Below, one piece after another: positions 1 to 13,599 of a stretch of DNA of 64,000 bases (its first letter is position 1; every line of letters begins with the position of its first letter). Source of the DNA: Takakia lepidozioides (lineage: Eukaryota; Plantae; Bryophyta); contig CM060733.1 of the NCBI GenBank assembly GCA_030704615.1, positions 17,422,001 through 17,486,000 of the forward strand, given 5' to 3'. The position numbers and the translations under genes are program-made. The notes beneath the pieces were generated by a model. The model had not been told where the DNA came from. It ran no database searches and worked only from the letters and a program-made list of their open reading frames with translations.

Positions 1-26
1 ACTGAAAATCGTGCGCAACGGGTACA

Positions 27-525
27 GAAATGCGGCACCGCATTTCTGTTCGAGTCGCACCTTCCGACATTCTCGAACGGAAATGCGGCGCCGCATTTCC
101 GTTTTGTATATTCGGCCTGGAGCTGTGCTACGGAAATGTGTTGCCGCATTTCCATCCATGTGAGACCTTCAAACCTTTCCAGACCGGAAATGCGACACCG
201 CATTTCTGTCCAGGTGAGACCTCTATACTTTCCCGAACGGAAATGTGGCACGGCATTTCCATTCATCAACTAACGTATGTGAAGTGGAACGGAAATGCGG
301 CGCCGCATTTCCCTTCTGAATCTCATACATGGAGCTGTGGGACGGAAATGCGGCACCGTATTTCCGTTCAACAACTAAGGTATGTGAAGGTGGAACGGAA
401 ATGCGGTGCCGCATTTTCTTCCAACAAGTACGGATGTGTAGCAGAGTGATGTACTTAACGGAAATGCGGCGCCGCATTCGCATTCTCGCTCCAACTCATC
501 AGACGCTGGGACGGAAATGCCTTGA
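27..525. repeat. Central array of 22-bp palindromes (GGAAATGCGGYRCCGCATTTCC), ~53-bp period
   Basis: About 10 copies visible, e.g. perfect AACGGAAATGCGGCGCCGCATTTCCGTT at 77-104. Confidence 0.95.
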
Positions 526-916
526 AATGTGAACACGTGGAGCAACGGAATTGCTGCACATGTCGGCACTCTATCTGACTGAAGGGGCATGAGGCGGCGC
601 GGCCTGACCGTTGGATAATGATGTTTGATTTTCGGACGGCGGGCGTACCCTCAACGATTCGAATTTCGTAATGACGCAAACTCCACGAGGAGACACTTTC
701 GTCCAACCTTTCGAACCCAAGTGGTGCATCACCGCCGTTTCATCTACTTTTGTCGTGTCTCCTCAGTCACCCCTCTCGCGCCCTTTCCATCTGCACTCTT
801 TGCCCCTTTTCCCTCTCTCTGTTCTTCTTATGCTCGAACCTGAGAGGGGGGGAGTTCGTGCACCAGACAGGAGACCTCGTCGCAAGCTCCGGAAATTATA
901 CTTCGGACGTAGGCCA

Positions 917-3250
917 ATGCCGAAGGGGAGGAAGCAGATGCGTCTACAGGAGGAGATTGCCATCTCCGAGCAGCAGGCCACTCAGGCAACCCAGCCACCA
1001 GTGAGAGCTCCATGCGATCGGGCTGCGCGCAGCTGATCGAGCACCGAACCCCCCATTTTGCTTCTGTAATTCTTAGACTGAATGCTAGGAGACTTGAATG
1101 CAGAACATGTTTGCATGCCTAACAGGAAAGGTGGACGTGCTGGAGGGATCGCAGGAATCCGAAGAGCCGCAGGAAGAGTCCGAGGAGCTAGCTGCAGCAC
1201 GTACACCCACCCGATCCCCGAGCGCGGGTACTCCTGCCGGGCCTAGCCCTCTGCGATTCAAAGACGCGTCTTCGAAGGGCAAGTTCAAAGTCTCAGAGAT
1301 CGACTCGCGTTCTTCGATCATGGAGAATCGCCAGCAGGGGTCGGGCCCTTCTCCAGCAAAGTCGAAGAAGAAGCAGCCCGTCCCTCTACTGGCTTCTGAA
1401 CCGGCTCAGGCCGATTCACCCCCCCAACGCGAATGAAGCAGCAGGGTAGAAGACAGATTCTATTGCAGCAGACACCTTCACCTGCAAGGATGAGGAAGCA
1501 GAAGGCAATCAGGGCGACGGGCGAACAATCTCCCGCAAAACCGCTTCCACGAGCTGAAGCTCAGTTCCTGGAGGATTTCCCGCCTGCAGATGTTGGGGCC
1601 GACTCTGCTGCAGCGAAGGCAATGGGATCGACCGTTGATCTCGATTTGGTACCGGAGGAGGGTGCTGCCGCTGAACGTTCGCAGGCAGACCTCACCACCG
1701 ATGAGCTAGCAGGCCCGGAGGAGGCCTCTGCAGTGGCAGAATTGCCCGCACACAGGCCCCAGAGTGCAGCTCCAGTTGAGGATGCTCCACCTGCTCAGCC
1801 ACTACCGGCACCTACAGACATGTCTCCGGAGGATTTCAAAAGTGCAGCGGATAAAATGTTGGAGGAGACACACAGTAGCATTGGCAGAGTTCTGGGCAGC
1901 AGGGTATTCCAGCGGACTCTTCGAATCCCACTCTGTCGCATGGTCTCCCTTCCCATCGTCAGGCAGGCCCTTCCCGGAGATGTGGATAAGCTCAAGTTCG
2001 CATTTCGAGAAGGGTACCGTCTGGGATCGGCAGCGTTTTACGTTTCCATAGAGAATGAGGACGGCGAAACCCGTGGACCCACTGCCGATGAATTGTCAAC
2101 GTGGGATACCCACTGGCACACTCGCAACCACGAATTCGAGGCGACGCTGAAGGGTGATCCCGACTTCGGCCATATGTCGGGAAAAATGTTCCTTGTGTGG
2201 GACGGGAATCACCGACTTCTCGCCTGGTGGGAGTACATCAAGCAGAACCATGCCAAGCACATTGGCTGGCATTACATGGTGGAGTGTGTCATCCTGAAGT
2301 GAAGGCGGCAGACTCCTCCCTCCTCAAGAATGCCATGGCGGACCTCAACTCGTAAGATACTCATACCCTCCCTAGCACATTCGAAATGCGGTGCCGCATT
2401 TCGGTTTCCATTCTGGTTTGATTCCGTGCTTCCGTGTACTGAACTGGAGAGTGTGCCTTGCAGGGTCACTGAGAATGCGTACGTGCATACCCACATGGCA
2501 CATATGCTATACAGGGTGAGGAAAACTGGTCTTACTGATCCGCAGATGTTTGCGGAAATGCTGGAGCCGGGGCTCATTCAGAAAGCCGTTGCAAAAACAG
2601 ACCGGACATGGTATCGTCTCACTATGGATGGAATGGTGGAGGTGATATACGAAGTAAGTCGTGCTCCAATTTCCCTCTGCTCATCCTTCCCCAATTTCCA
2701 GTAATGTTTCCACATGAATCGAATGTAACGCTTCTGCATGTTTTTGTTGGCAGTCAAACATCAAGCTGGATTTGGCCCATGCCAAACGCTTCTTCATGGA
2801 AAGTGAGGGGCAGGTCAAAACGTTGCAGTCATTGACTGAGCACTTGAAGGAAGCCGGTGTCAAGTCCAGAACCAAATACAAGTCACAAGTCCCTTCCTAG
2901 TTATGCAGCTAAACTCGCAAATACAACTATTAGAAGAAGTGAGAATCCCAGTAAAGTAGAGCAGATTTTGGAGAGGGCTAGGGAGGACAGAAGGATAAGG
3001 AAAGAGTTGGCAGCAGCTCAGACAGGTAGACGGGTACGAAAGTACATATGTGATTCAGCGGATGAGAGCGACGCAGACAGGGAGGAGGACGACCCCATGG
3101 AGGTGAGATGGACAGTTCCGCAAGGGGAATGGGATTTTCGAAAGCCTGGCCAACGAGCAGTCCGCTGGAGATGAGAGAGGCACTGAGGGGGTGGAGGAGG
3201 AGCAGGACAGTCTAGAACAGGATGAGGATTCCGATGATTTTCAAGATTAA
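917..3250 (+). pseudogene. ParB-like/methyltransferase gene of M, internally deleted copy (keeps ParB-like domain, lacks MTase domain)
   Basis: ORFs 1098-1436, 1433-2302 (MFLVWDGNHRLLAW), 2330-2704 and 2857-3174; GT-AG introns (e.g. ~2352-2463); junction at ~2885 skips the ~2.8 kb present at 58227-61017. Confidence 0.8.
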
Positions 3251-3437
3251 TAGAATTTTAATGAAGTCTCTGTAAATGTAAATTCTCTTCCAGAGTATAT
3301 AAAGAAAATTCTGCCCGACATTCGTGACCCCTCTCCAGTGTGCATTCCAGCCACACAATCGCCAAACCAGGACGCTCCCAAAATCAGAAATGGGTCAGGG
3401 CATTTCCAAAATTTTGGCAACTCTAAGAACCTCTTTT

Positions 3438-4222
3438 GGAAATGCGGCACCGCATTTCCAAAACAGGGAGGGACTAATTTTTCCATTTCAATGTTGGCAT
3501 AGTAAAAAGTAATCTGAATTGGGAATGCGGTGCCGCATTTCCAAAATTTCCTTTGTCCACACGCCAGTTTTGGCCTCTCCCGCTCATTGCATGGATGCCA
3601 CCACACGCTTACAGAGGTCGAACAAGGAGGTCGAACAAGGAGGCCGACATGGCGGGATTGGAAATGCGGTGCCGCATTTCCATATTGGGGATGGTGGTTG
3701 TTCGAACTGCAATACCCATCACAAAACTGGCACCGCATTCCATTGTAAAAAAAACGTCGATGACGGACATGGAAATGCGGCGCCGCATTTCCAGAACGGA
3801 CATCGCAATTTGTCAATTTGCAAGACCCTCTCGATCGGAAATGCGGTAACGCATTCCATCGCGCTGGTCGGAAATAGGTGCACTTTTCGAAGTGTTGGAC
3901 GGAAATGCGGCACCGCATTCCCTTGTCCAAAAAGAAGTTTCCATTGCCAAGCTGGAAATGCGTCGCCGCATTTGCAATGCCAACCTCGTTTTCTGATCAA
4001 TTTATAGACCCGTGTTGGTATTTCGTGTACCTGGACGGAAATGATGCACCGCATTTTCTTGTCCCACATGGAAATGCGGCGCCGCATTTCGATGTCCGAC
4101 ATGGAATGCGGGTCCGCATTTCGATGTCTGACATGGAATGCTGTGCCGCATTTCGATGCGGACATGGAAATGTGCGGCACCGCATTTCGATCCCGACATG
4201 GAAATGCGGCGCCGCATTTCGA
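3438..4222. repeat. Right array of the same palindrome, ending in 32-33-bp tandem units
   Basis: About 14 palindrome copies; tandem CATGGAAATGCGG..CCGCATTTCGATG.C.GA units at ~4067-4232. Confidence 0.9.
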
Positions 4223-4646
4223 TGCCGACATGGCGTTACTCTGGTATATTCTTGACACACATGACTCACATACCGGTTACTCTGCTTTATTCAACCAGAC
4301 AGACAAATTGTAGAAATGAGACATCAAATTGTAAACAGTGGGCCAAATCCGAGAGTTATTCAACACAATGAAACACAGTCATACAGAAGTGAGGTACATT
4401 CCAGGGCACACTCCAGGGCACATTTAAATTTCCCCCCTACAGGATCCTGGACCGATGAAGATTGGCTGCTGCATGAATGTAGCCGTTTCAGTTTCCTACC
4501 CTGCCATGCAAACTATGGGCAGTCACTGGCCAGGTGGGCCGATAGCCACTGGACACGACGAAGTCCATCCCCTCTTCGATGTAAATGCGGCGCCGAATTT
4601 CCATCCGGGGGGATGGACTTCGGTGGCAGATCTCAAACTATAACTT

Positions 4647-5418
4647 GTGATGAGAAAGATGTATGGCTTCATCACCGCTGGCGTGATGAACACGTTCCAC
4701 CTCCGTCGGTGGGTACGTGTGACCCAGATGCTCCATTTTGGAGGCCGACTGCTCTTCCGCTTCGTATCTTTTCCAAAATCTAAGGGCTTCGTAGCTGTCC
4801 GCAAGGTCATCGGCATCCAAGTCGTCCTCAGGTCCTCCTTTGCAAGGATGCCGTGCTTCCGGAACCGGGACGACTGCCCCTTTGGAGGCATCGATTATGC
4901 AATGTATTCGGCCACATCGGGAGACATTGTTATCATGGTACACAGATTACACAGAAGATACTGGTTCGATTGTGGAAACATTGGTGGCTTTTGAGTATAT
5001 CGTAGGCCACTACGCGCCTTCGAGGGCGGGGTGACGATCTTGGTTTGAGGAGTCCGTGGCTCCTGCGCATCCTCGATTCCGATTTTTCCCAGCTACGACG
5101 GTCACCCATGCAGAAGAAGGCGCACTGCTATGCTGTTGCGGTGGAACTGCTGCACTGGACGTGGTGGACTCCATCGGAGAGACCTATTCTCCTCGAGGAG
5201 TGCGCTCCTCTTCTCCATTGTATGGGACATTCGCATTGGTGTGGACGACGAAAACGTGAAGATTTCCATATTCGATGGTGGTATGATTGAAGGGCAGGAC
5301 ATTGTGGTGAACAACATCACTAGGGGGGGTTACAACGGCTGCAATCGACTTTACATGGAGGAGCCCCAGGACTCATGAGCTAGTTCTGAGAGCAGTCGAA
5401 GTCCCATTGACAACGTGA
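4647..5418 (+). pseudogene. Orphan ORF3 of M (frameshifted in this copy)
   Basis: Fragments match the open 249-aa ORF at 23314-24063; AATAAA at ~5501. Confidence 0.4.
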
Positions 5419-5886
5419 CTTTATTCAGTAGGCACAGGGCTCAGATTTGAGGGCACAATCAGCACAGTAGAGCGTGCTTCAAATGCAATTCATGTGGATC
5501 AATAAAAACCCTCATTGTGCCCTCTTTTTATTCTATTCTGTGTCCATTGTTCCGAGAATGCGTCATTGCTCATTTCGTTTGGGATTGGGAGTGTGTGGGT
5601 GAATTTTGCAAATGGCTGGTAGGCTGAAATGGGCCCCCATTGTACAGAGCAGTACCACCACCCTACCATTCGCGAAACATTGCCTTTCAATATATAATTC
5701 TAAATAACATTGCCGAACCTCCTTCATCGGGAGGTCCTTCTCCCCCTATGACCGTGGCACCCTAAACCCTATTCCCGCGGACACTCATTTCCGGAAAATA
5801 GTGCTGCTCATGTTTTTTTCCACACTTACGACTCTGCTCATGGCTCATGCCGCTCATGGCTCATGGCTCATGAAATAGCAGCCCCC

Positions 5887-8800
5887 CCTGCTCCCACTCT
5901 GGGTGTGCAGCAAATATGGTAGCTTCCTGCTCCTTCATCCAGTCCTCCTCTCCAGTCATACTCTCTGATCCTCGAGGTCTTCTTGTGCGGGTAATCTACT
6001 AGATTTCTTTGTGGTAATTTGTATCTCGTGTATCCCATTATGCACGGTAATAACTGAGAATTCCATGTCTGGAATACCCTGGCCTGTTTCAGCCACGGAC
6101 GTCCAATAAATAAGAGTAAGCCTCCATGACTTCATCCATTTTTAATACAGTTACTGTGATCATAAAGATCATTTTTTGTATCTGTATCTTAACTCCTCTT
6201 ATTAATCCCAATGGCTGCACACTTCTTTGATCTGCCATTGTTACTGTAAATGGGGCTGGTTTCATGTTACTTAGACCAAGCTTCTTCCTTAATTGGTCTG
6301 TCATGATATTTACTACCAGAACCACCATCTATCAGTACATCAGTTAGTTCTGTGCTTCCAATTCTCAATTGGATTACTGGCATAGAATCATCGAAGTCCA
6401 TGACTGGTTCTCGGCCCTTCCGGCTTCACATTATAACTGGTCACCTTGCTGTTTCAGGTCTGTGTTTCTGTCTCTTGGGCATTCGATTGATTGCCTGATA
6501 CAAGCCTGTGCCTACAATAAGGTGCCACAGCTAATAGCTGTCCAATGGTAATTTCTGCTTTGGTCTGACATATTACTGCAGCCAAAGTCTCTTCATTACT
6601 TTGCATGTCTGCATCTTTTTTTTTTTTTCTTCCTCACTCCCTTCTTTTTCTCCATCCGAATCAGAGGAATCTGCCACAGGAATTCAGTACTCTTTTGCAT
6701 TTCCCTTATAGTATCTCCACTGCCCTCTTGTGCAGTTCCTTCTCATCTTTCCAAGTCTCTTCATCTTCAGGCATATCATTGCCACTTCCATTCTCATCTT
6801 CTTCCTCTTCTACTGGAGGTATTAGTTTGGCTTTACTTCTTGTTACTATCATTGTACTTACTTCTGGTACAACACATGGCCTAACCATGTGAGCTGCCAC
6901 CACTGGTGGCCCTCATTCACAGGAGCTCTCATCTCATTCTGGTGTCTTATCCAGAATGAACAGGCTGCCTTGCGATGTCCTGGCTGATTACAATAGTAAC
7001 ATAGCTCTTCACCATTGGGGTCCTCGCCCTTGGTCTGTTCTTGGATTATTTCTATAATCCTGATTCCCGGCTGGTAATTCCCCCTTGGATTACCCTGATA
7101 GTTGCCTCTGGAATTTCCTTGGTAATTCCCTCTTGAATTACCTCTCCCTTCCATGCCATTGTTATAACCACCAGACCTACCATAGTGGTCCTGATCATTA
7201 TTTCTTCTTGGCTGGGGCTGCACCTGATGCACCCTCTTACTTGCCTAGGTTCTCTTGCAGCTGTCCTTCTGTTGTAGTAACAATTCTCAGTAGAATGGTT
7301 ATATCCATTTTACAGATAGTACAGTGTTTCTCTTCTTCATGTGGCATTCTGTGGTGGTATGGCCTTCATTCTGGCACTTTGCACACCATACACCCCTTCC
7401 CTCCAATGTGTTGCAGCCTCTGTGGCATACTTCTTCAAGATTTCTTCCAATTTTTTTCATAGTTATCCCTCTTCAACTTCTCCTTTCCTCTACTCTTTCT
7501 TTTTAGTTCTTCTTGCTCTCTTCTTCATCTGACTCATCCTCAGAGCCCTCATCTTCTTTTTTCTCTCTCCTGAGCATTCCCAATTGCTCAATTCTGTTCG
7601 CAGTTTCAAATGCCTCCTCCACTGTATTATGGGGTAACATATCCACTTTCTTTTGCAACTCTGGTCTTAATCCACTCACAAACCAAGTCTTCTGTAAATC
7701 GGGCGCTGGTACTGGCAGCCAGCTTTTCATCATCAATTCCATCTTCTCCATATACTCTTCAACAGTTTCATGCTTCTTCTGCTTCAGCTGTTGTAAACTT
7801 CCATACACTTCATCCTCAGTTTTACTTGTCCTGAACCTATTTCGAAATGCTGTATTCAAGCCATTCCAGGTTAGGAAATGATTATCAGGGAACTTGCATA
7901 CCATTCACTTGCTTCTTGATAATTGAACAAGGAAACAGTCTCATTTTGGCAATCATCGCCATTTCTCATTGTTCACTATACACATGTGCTCAAATTGGCT
8001 AATGTGTACATCGGGATCCCCTTTTCCTGAATATATTGGAAAGGGTGGTTTTGCCCGTGTTGGTTGTACGCCATATGTGGCCCTACCTTCTGCCCACTGA
8101 CAGGTGCTGGTCTCTTCTGGACCTGTGTTTTTGTGGTGGATCTCCACCAAGTGGTGGCCCTTGAGCACTCCTTGCTTCTGGTCCCACGATATTCACAGTA
8201 TTCCCAAGCTTCAGTTGCACTACTTTCCCACACTCCTGTCCCCCCAGAGCCAGATCCAGGCAGCCCGCCTGACCCCCCTGAGCCGACAACCTTCGTTGGT
8301 CTGTGATCCAAGTGCTCCACTTGATCCAAGTCCAACGGGTTGGGATGTCCTGGTTGTAGTCTCAACCTCAGCTGTTGGGTCTACTTCTTCATATTCTTCC
8401 TCTTCTAATTTCTTCTCTCTGTTTTCATCCTCCAAGTTCTGCCCTTGGGTTTCTTCTTCACTCATGTAACTCAACTGTAATGGTGTTGGAGAGTCTGAAC
8501 TCTCCGTTGGCTCTGCCACATCCTCTTCTCCTTCTTCTTCTTCATCTTCTGCTTCAGAAACTGGAGTTCCTGCTTTTGGTGTTCCATGCCCAACTCTTAT
8601 CAAAGATTTCTGTCAAGTCTTTTATCCAAGGATGTACCTCAGATCTTTCACCTCGTGATTGATCTTCTTCCTGTACCAATTCCCTTAATCTTTCTTGCAA
8701 AGACAAGGAGTGGCATCCAACTCTAGTTCTTCCGGTATAGGTGATGCACTTTTTGATCTTGATGGTGTGAGAGGTCCAGATGATTCCCCTATGTCTATTC

Positions 8801-10237
8801 CTCTCTCCCAAAGATATTGGATAATTAGCTTTCAGATAGCTTTCTTTTTTGATGAATATCCTGTCGTCTAGCTTCTCTTTCATCACTCATGTCCCATGTC
8901 TTTCATTTCTTTTAATGTGGCAATACCAAAACTCTCTTCTGTATATCTCCTCGTATATGCCTGGGTTTCTTTCAAGCTTCAATGCACCCTTGGCTATACT
9001 TGAAGTCTCCGTTACCATATAACCATATGGCAAACAAGTCTAAAAAGCTGTTCTTGGTGTGAGTTTGATCCACAAAATATCCTTTGGAATCCAATTCTTT
9101 ACCAGTACAAGCTCTTCATGCATATGAGTATAAACATTCACCTTTCTTTCTTCCCAGCCTCAAACCTCTACTCGTTAATGGATAGCATGCTATCACATAA
9201 ACCAATGTTGGTAATCCAACGTGCTCTTCCTCTACAGGCTACCTGATAAATCTTTATCACTCCTTTCTCCAGACCCTTCTGGATCAGCATCATGCACTCG
9301 TTTAAGAATATTTTCTTTAACAACCGTCTGGCAATTCCAAGAACCTTTTGAAAGAATCGTTGGACAATCTTTCTTCCTTCGTTCCACAGGGAATTTGATT
9401 CACTTCAAATTCTTTAATGGTCCAACCACCATGATCCCACCAGATGCCTGTCACATCTGGTTGTTCATGTCCCAGGTCCCCAGTATGGTCGCCAAATGTC
9501 GCGCGGCTTTTACTCACTCACCCATCCCTTCGCTCTCAGATCTCTCTACTACACAGTGTGATTGTATCTTATAAGTATCAGATTATGATTTATCAGGTAT
9601 CAGGCCGAAGCCATTATGTCTCTAATCTGCTCTCCAATATCAACTACAGCTTTGCATTAACAGCATCTACTAAATCCTCTTTCTCTCCTTCACCGTGCTC
9701 TCCATCTCTTGCCTCCGATCTCCGCTCCTCTGACTCAGAAGTCCTCCCCGAATAATGATCATCCTCCTTCATTCCCCCTTTCTCCCCTTTATCCTCCTAT
9801 CCGCTGTTCTAACCGTTTCCCTCTCTAACCGTCGTCTGTGAACTAACATGTTCCCTTCACAGGTGTTGTTCCCCACAGTCGTTCCCTACTATCGTGACAG
9901 CTGTGTCAAGCGGTGACTGGCTGTGTTTGGCTGTGTCGGGCTGTGACTGGCTGTGTGGCTGTGCCGGCTGTGACTGGCTGTGTGGGCTGTGTCTGCTGTG
10001 ACGACTGTGACGGGCTGTGTGGGCTGTGTCTGCTCTGTGACGACTGTGTGGGCTGTGTGGGCTGTGTGGGCTGTGACGACTGTGACGGGCTGTGTCGGCT
10101 GTGACAACTGTGTAACCCCCCTCTACAGTGCGCTGCTGTCACCCCTAAGGCTCCTGTTGGTCTCAGTCTGTGCAAAAAATTAAGGGTACCCTACAGATCC
10201 CCGTATAAGTGTCTAAGTCCCCTACAGTCCTCTAACA
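5887..10237 (-). mobile_element. Ty3/gypsy (Tat/Ogre-like) retrotransposon G3, 5' part: LTR, PBS, gag with CCHC knuckles, protease; interrupted by M
   Basis: Minus strand: LTR TGTTAG...CGCGACA (10237-9497), then TT-TGGCGACCATACTGGGGAC PBS; gag motifs PFPIYSGKGDPDVHISQF and CYYCNQPGHRKAAC; protease region at ~6090-6350. Confidence 0.85.
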
Positions 10238-10924
10238 GGGACACATGAGGGGCTGTGCCCTGTAGTGGGGCCATCGGCAGCGATAGGTATGGGGGGCGAA
10301 GCACCCTTGAGTGCCCAAGGCACTCAAGGAGGCGGAGGCGCTCACTAGGTGGAGGCCCCGCACACCTGGTTGCGGTGGGGGTAGCTCCACCGGGTGGTGG
10401 AGCTTAGCGGCGACTTAGTGGGGTGGCATAGGGACTCACCATGGGGGTGGAGACCTCGTGGTGGGAGTCGTGGGGAGTCTTGGGACTCATCACGGTCCAT
10501 AGGGGCCGTGATGAGTGGGCCAAGACTCACCGCGACTCATCACCGGGAGTCCGGGTTTCGTGGTGGTTCGCCATAAATGGGTCATGGCTGGTTTGAAACC
10601 CCCGCGGACAGCTCCAAAGTATATATAGGGAGTAGTAACCCGAGAACGGTGCAAGCCCGTTGGTGACCAAAAACTAGTGAGTAAGCGAACTAGCCGGAAA
10701 GCGACCAAAGAGAGGGGAGCTGTTCCGGACAGCCATCACCAAAGGGAATTCTCCTAGTCCCAAATAGGTGGAGGGTTTAGAGGGAAGCGAAGGGGACCGT
10801 TATGGCTGGTGGGCAGCCGAAGCTCCAAGTTAGCCCGGGGGCGGCCAGGTTTGGGAGTCAGGCGCGCGCATCAAAGCGAGTAACTATGACTTGAAGGGGA
10901 GCTTACCGAAGTGAGTGCGCGACA
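10238..10924 (+). repeat. LTR of gypsy G2 (5'-truncated by the G3 insertion)
   Basis: Matches 28885-29577 and the reverse complement of 36640-37330; ends GCGCGACA followed by TACCG. Confidence 0.85.
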
Positions 10925-13035
10925 TACCGTAGCTATGACTCGTCACCCAAGCCACTACCGCACCAGCACCAGTACCCAGTGCCTGCCTTCAACCCTGTTG
11001 TGGGAGTTCTTCGAAGAGTTGAGAGGAACTACCAAGGGGTGAGGACAGAGAAGTTGCGGAGCTTGCAAAATTCCAACGGAAGCTGACCGAGATTGAAGGA
11101 GGCTTTACTCGCATGAGGCGCTTGATAAATGTAACCCAAGGGTTACGAATGCTCAGGCAGTCGCATTCTGGATGGGATATTGGACAAGGATGCTGAGGAG
11201 AAGGGTGCGGGATGCAACTCTCCTACAAGCGGCCCAACCCACCTTAGCAAATGTGTTTTTGCTGGCAAGCGATAGATCCGCTCAACATGGGCGGAATGAG
11301 TGGTCATGGTGGGAGTTGCTAAGGAGACACCATGGGGTAGTGGTGGCTGCTAGCCACCACTACCTCAACGTGCTCAATGCAATAAGGGGGCTCAGGTGAG
11401 CTCAGGGAAGGGTAGAGAGGTGGCCCTAGATGCAGGGGTCTCGCCCTTCATTTGCAGGGCCAACAACGGGCGGATGTGGTGTGTTGACCTGTGGAGGACC
11501 CCACGTCACGAAGGATTGTCCAGAGGGAGGCAAAGGGCCGACACATGCAACAGCGCTGCACCGTTGGCAAGTGTGGGCATTGTGGGCAAGCACGGCAGGA
11601 GAAGGCCCCAGATGTTATGGTTTGTATCCCGAGTTGCCAGTTCCAAGGGAACAATGGTGGCTGGGGGCGAGGGGGAGCAACCCAAAGAGACGAGGTGGCC
11701 AGGCACGGGGTGTAGGCCAGGGCAAGCTCAACAGGCCAAGGACTCGGAGGTCAGGGTGTTGACCAGGCATGGCAACGGACGGCTTAAGCAGCTAGAGCGA
11801 GGCTCGCTGCCATGGCTACAAGCTCAGGTGGTACCGGCTCCAAGGCCGGATGGTCCCCCTCCTGCTCCTGAGGGAGGAGATATGGGAGGCATGGGATTCT
11901 GTGCGGATCACACCTACCACTAGTGCACGTGGAGTCTGCGGGCAGCCGTGACTTGAGGAGCAACACGAGTTCCTGAGCCACGAGGTGGCAGAGGTTGGAG
12001 TTGGATCCACAGCGTGGGGAGGCAAGCTGTCAGGTTAGGCTCCTCTCAGTCATTCACATTGGTAGAGACCGTGTCGACGCCTCCATGGCACCTAGTTCTT
12101 TCTCGCCCGACTGTTACCGAGTCCTACGCATTGGGAAGCTACACGGGTTAGCAACCCAAAGCCCCTTCGCTCAAGGGTTGGCCCCTTAGTGTTGCCAAGG
12201 CTACGGCAGCTAGTGTAGTGCTGGGCTGGGAGCGGCCACATTTGTGTGTCAGGCTCCATTTGTTCTCGGCTACCATGATTGTCGACGCCGGGAGTAAGAC
12301 CCAGCTAGGTGTTCAGGCTGGCAGCTACACTCTGTGAGAGTGGGGAGGTTTTACTTCATCTTCTGTGGAGATAGTGGAGGTGTAGTGGCCGGAGGGATCC
12401 TCGGATTTGAGGGTCAAGACTGCCACGGCGGCGCATGGCAAGGCTGGTCAGCTGCCAGGTTAATGGAGCTGTCAGGCTAGGTCACAGCCATTGAGCGCGC
12501 GCATGGGACACCTAGAGTTGTCATGTTAGAAACCAGGATGACATTTCCTGTTTGAGTGGACTGGGAGGCATAGGTAGCCGGCCACTGTGGGTCTTGTTGG
12601 ACTCAGGAGCTCAGCCATTTATGTGGGCAGAGCTCCTATTGAAGCTGGACCTCACGGAGGCGGATATGGAGCCTTGTTCTTTCCAGATACAGACGTCTCT
12701 GGGAGGATCGGAGCAGGCTCGGGGCATGACACGACGTGAGTTGGCTATCAGACTACGGCCGGTCACCCTACATATGGCTCAGTGATGCAAGCCAAGGCAT
12801 TGTGACAGACTCGGTCTCGTACGATGTCCTGGTTGGTGGGGCATGTTGTACGCCCATGGGCTTCACCCTGGATTTTTGGGAGGATCAGCTTCCTATAGGC
12901 CTGGATGGCAGTCAGGGAGGGCCGGCATGTGCAGCTCCCTGTGACGTTTATAGGACAGAGTTGCGGTTTTTTTTTTTTTGAGTTTCCCGCGGTGCAAGGT
13001 GTCCATAAAGCAGGCATTTACACACTGCAGTGAGT
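10925..13035 (+). pseudogene. G1 gag-protease region, indel-rich duplicate
   Basis: Matches 29578-~31636 with many 1-bp indels that increase toward the gap; WVLLDSGAQP protease motif. Confidence 0.8.
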
Positions 13036-13535
13036 NNNNNNNNNNNNNNNNNNNNNNNNNNNNNNNNNNNNNNNNNNNNNNNNNNNNNNNNNNNNNNNNN
13101 NNNNNNNNNNNNNNNNNNNNNNNNNNNNNNNNNNNNNNNNNNNNNNNNNNNNNNNNNNNNNNNNNNNNNNNNNNNNNNNNNNNNNNNNNNNNNNNNNNNN
13201 NNNNNNNNNNNNNNNNNNNNNNNNNNNNNNNNNNNNNNNNNNNNNNNNNNNNNNNNNNNNNNNNNNNNNNNNNNNNNNNNNNNNNNNNNNNNNNNNNNNN
13301 NNNNNNNNNNNNNNNNNNNNNNNNNNNNNNNNNNNNNNNNNNNNNNNNNNNNNNNNNNNNNNNNNNNNNNNNNNNNNNNNNNNNNNNNNNNNNNNNNNNN
13401 NNNNNNNNNNNNNNNNNNNNNNNNNNNNNNNNNNNNNNNNNNNNNNNNNNNNNNNNNNNNNNNNNNNNNNNNNNNNNNNNNNNNNNNNNNNNNNNNNNNN
13501 NNNNNNNNNNNNNNNNNNNNNNNNNNNNNNNNNNN
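13036..13535. other. Assembly gap (500 N)
   Basis: Run of exactly 500 N. Confidence 1.
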
Positions 13536-13599
13536 TGCATTGCAGGTGGTATTCGAATGGTGATGGTGTACAACCTCATTGCGCCCAGCTAGCCCGCCC

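Larger units (their letters stand above)
1..5886 (+). mobile_element. Mutator-like DNA transposon M, copy 1 (right part; internally deleted; left part outside window)
   Basis: Near-identical to 18633-24527 and to the reverse complement of 55307-63900. Right terminus ...GCTCATGGCTCATGAAATAGCAGCCCCC is defined by where copy 3 diverges into a different flank (55307). Confidence 0.85.

Noticed and set aside
30-4371. Many short ORFs with MRRRIS / GNAAPHF / KCGAAF repeats (also 17375-19209, 22132-23023, 56869-57638, 63314-63997)
   Set aside because: These are six-frame translations of the DNA palindrome, open on both strands, and not proteins.
9889-10183. Cys-rich or Thr/Gln/Pro-rich small proteins (also 28507-28895, 38437-39098)
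   Set aside because: Translations of the CACAGCC minisatellite within an LTR or leader.
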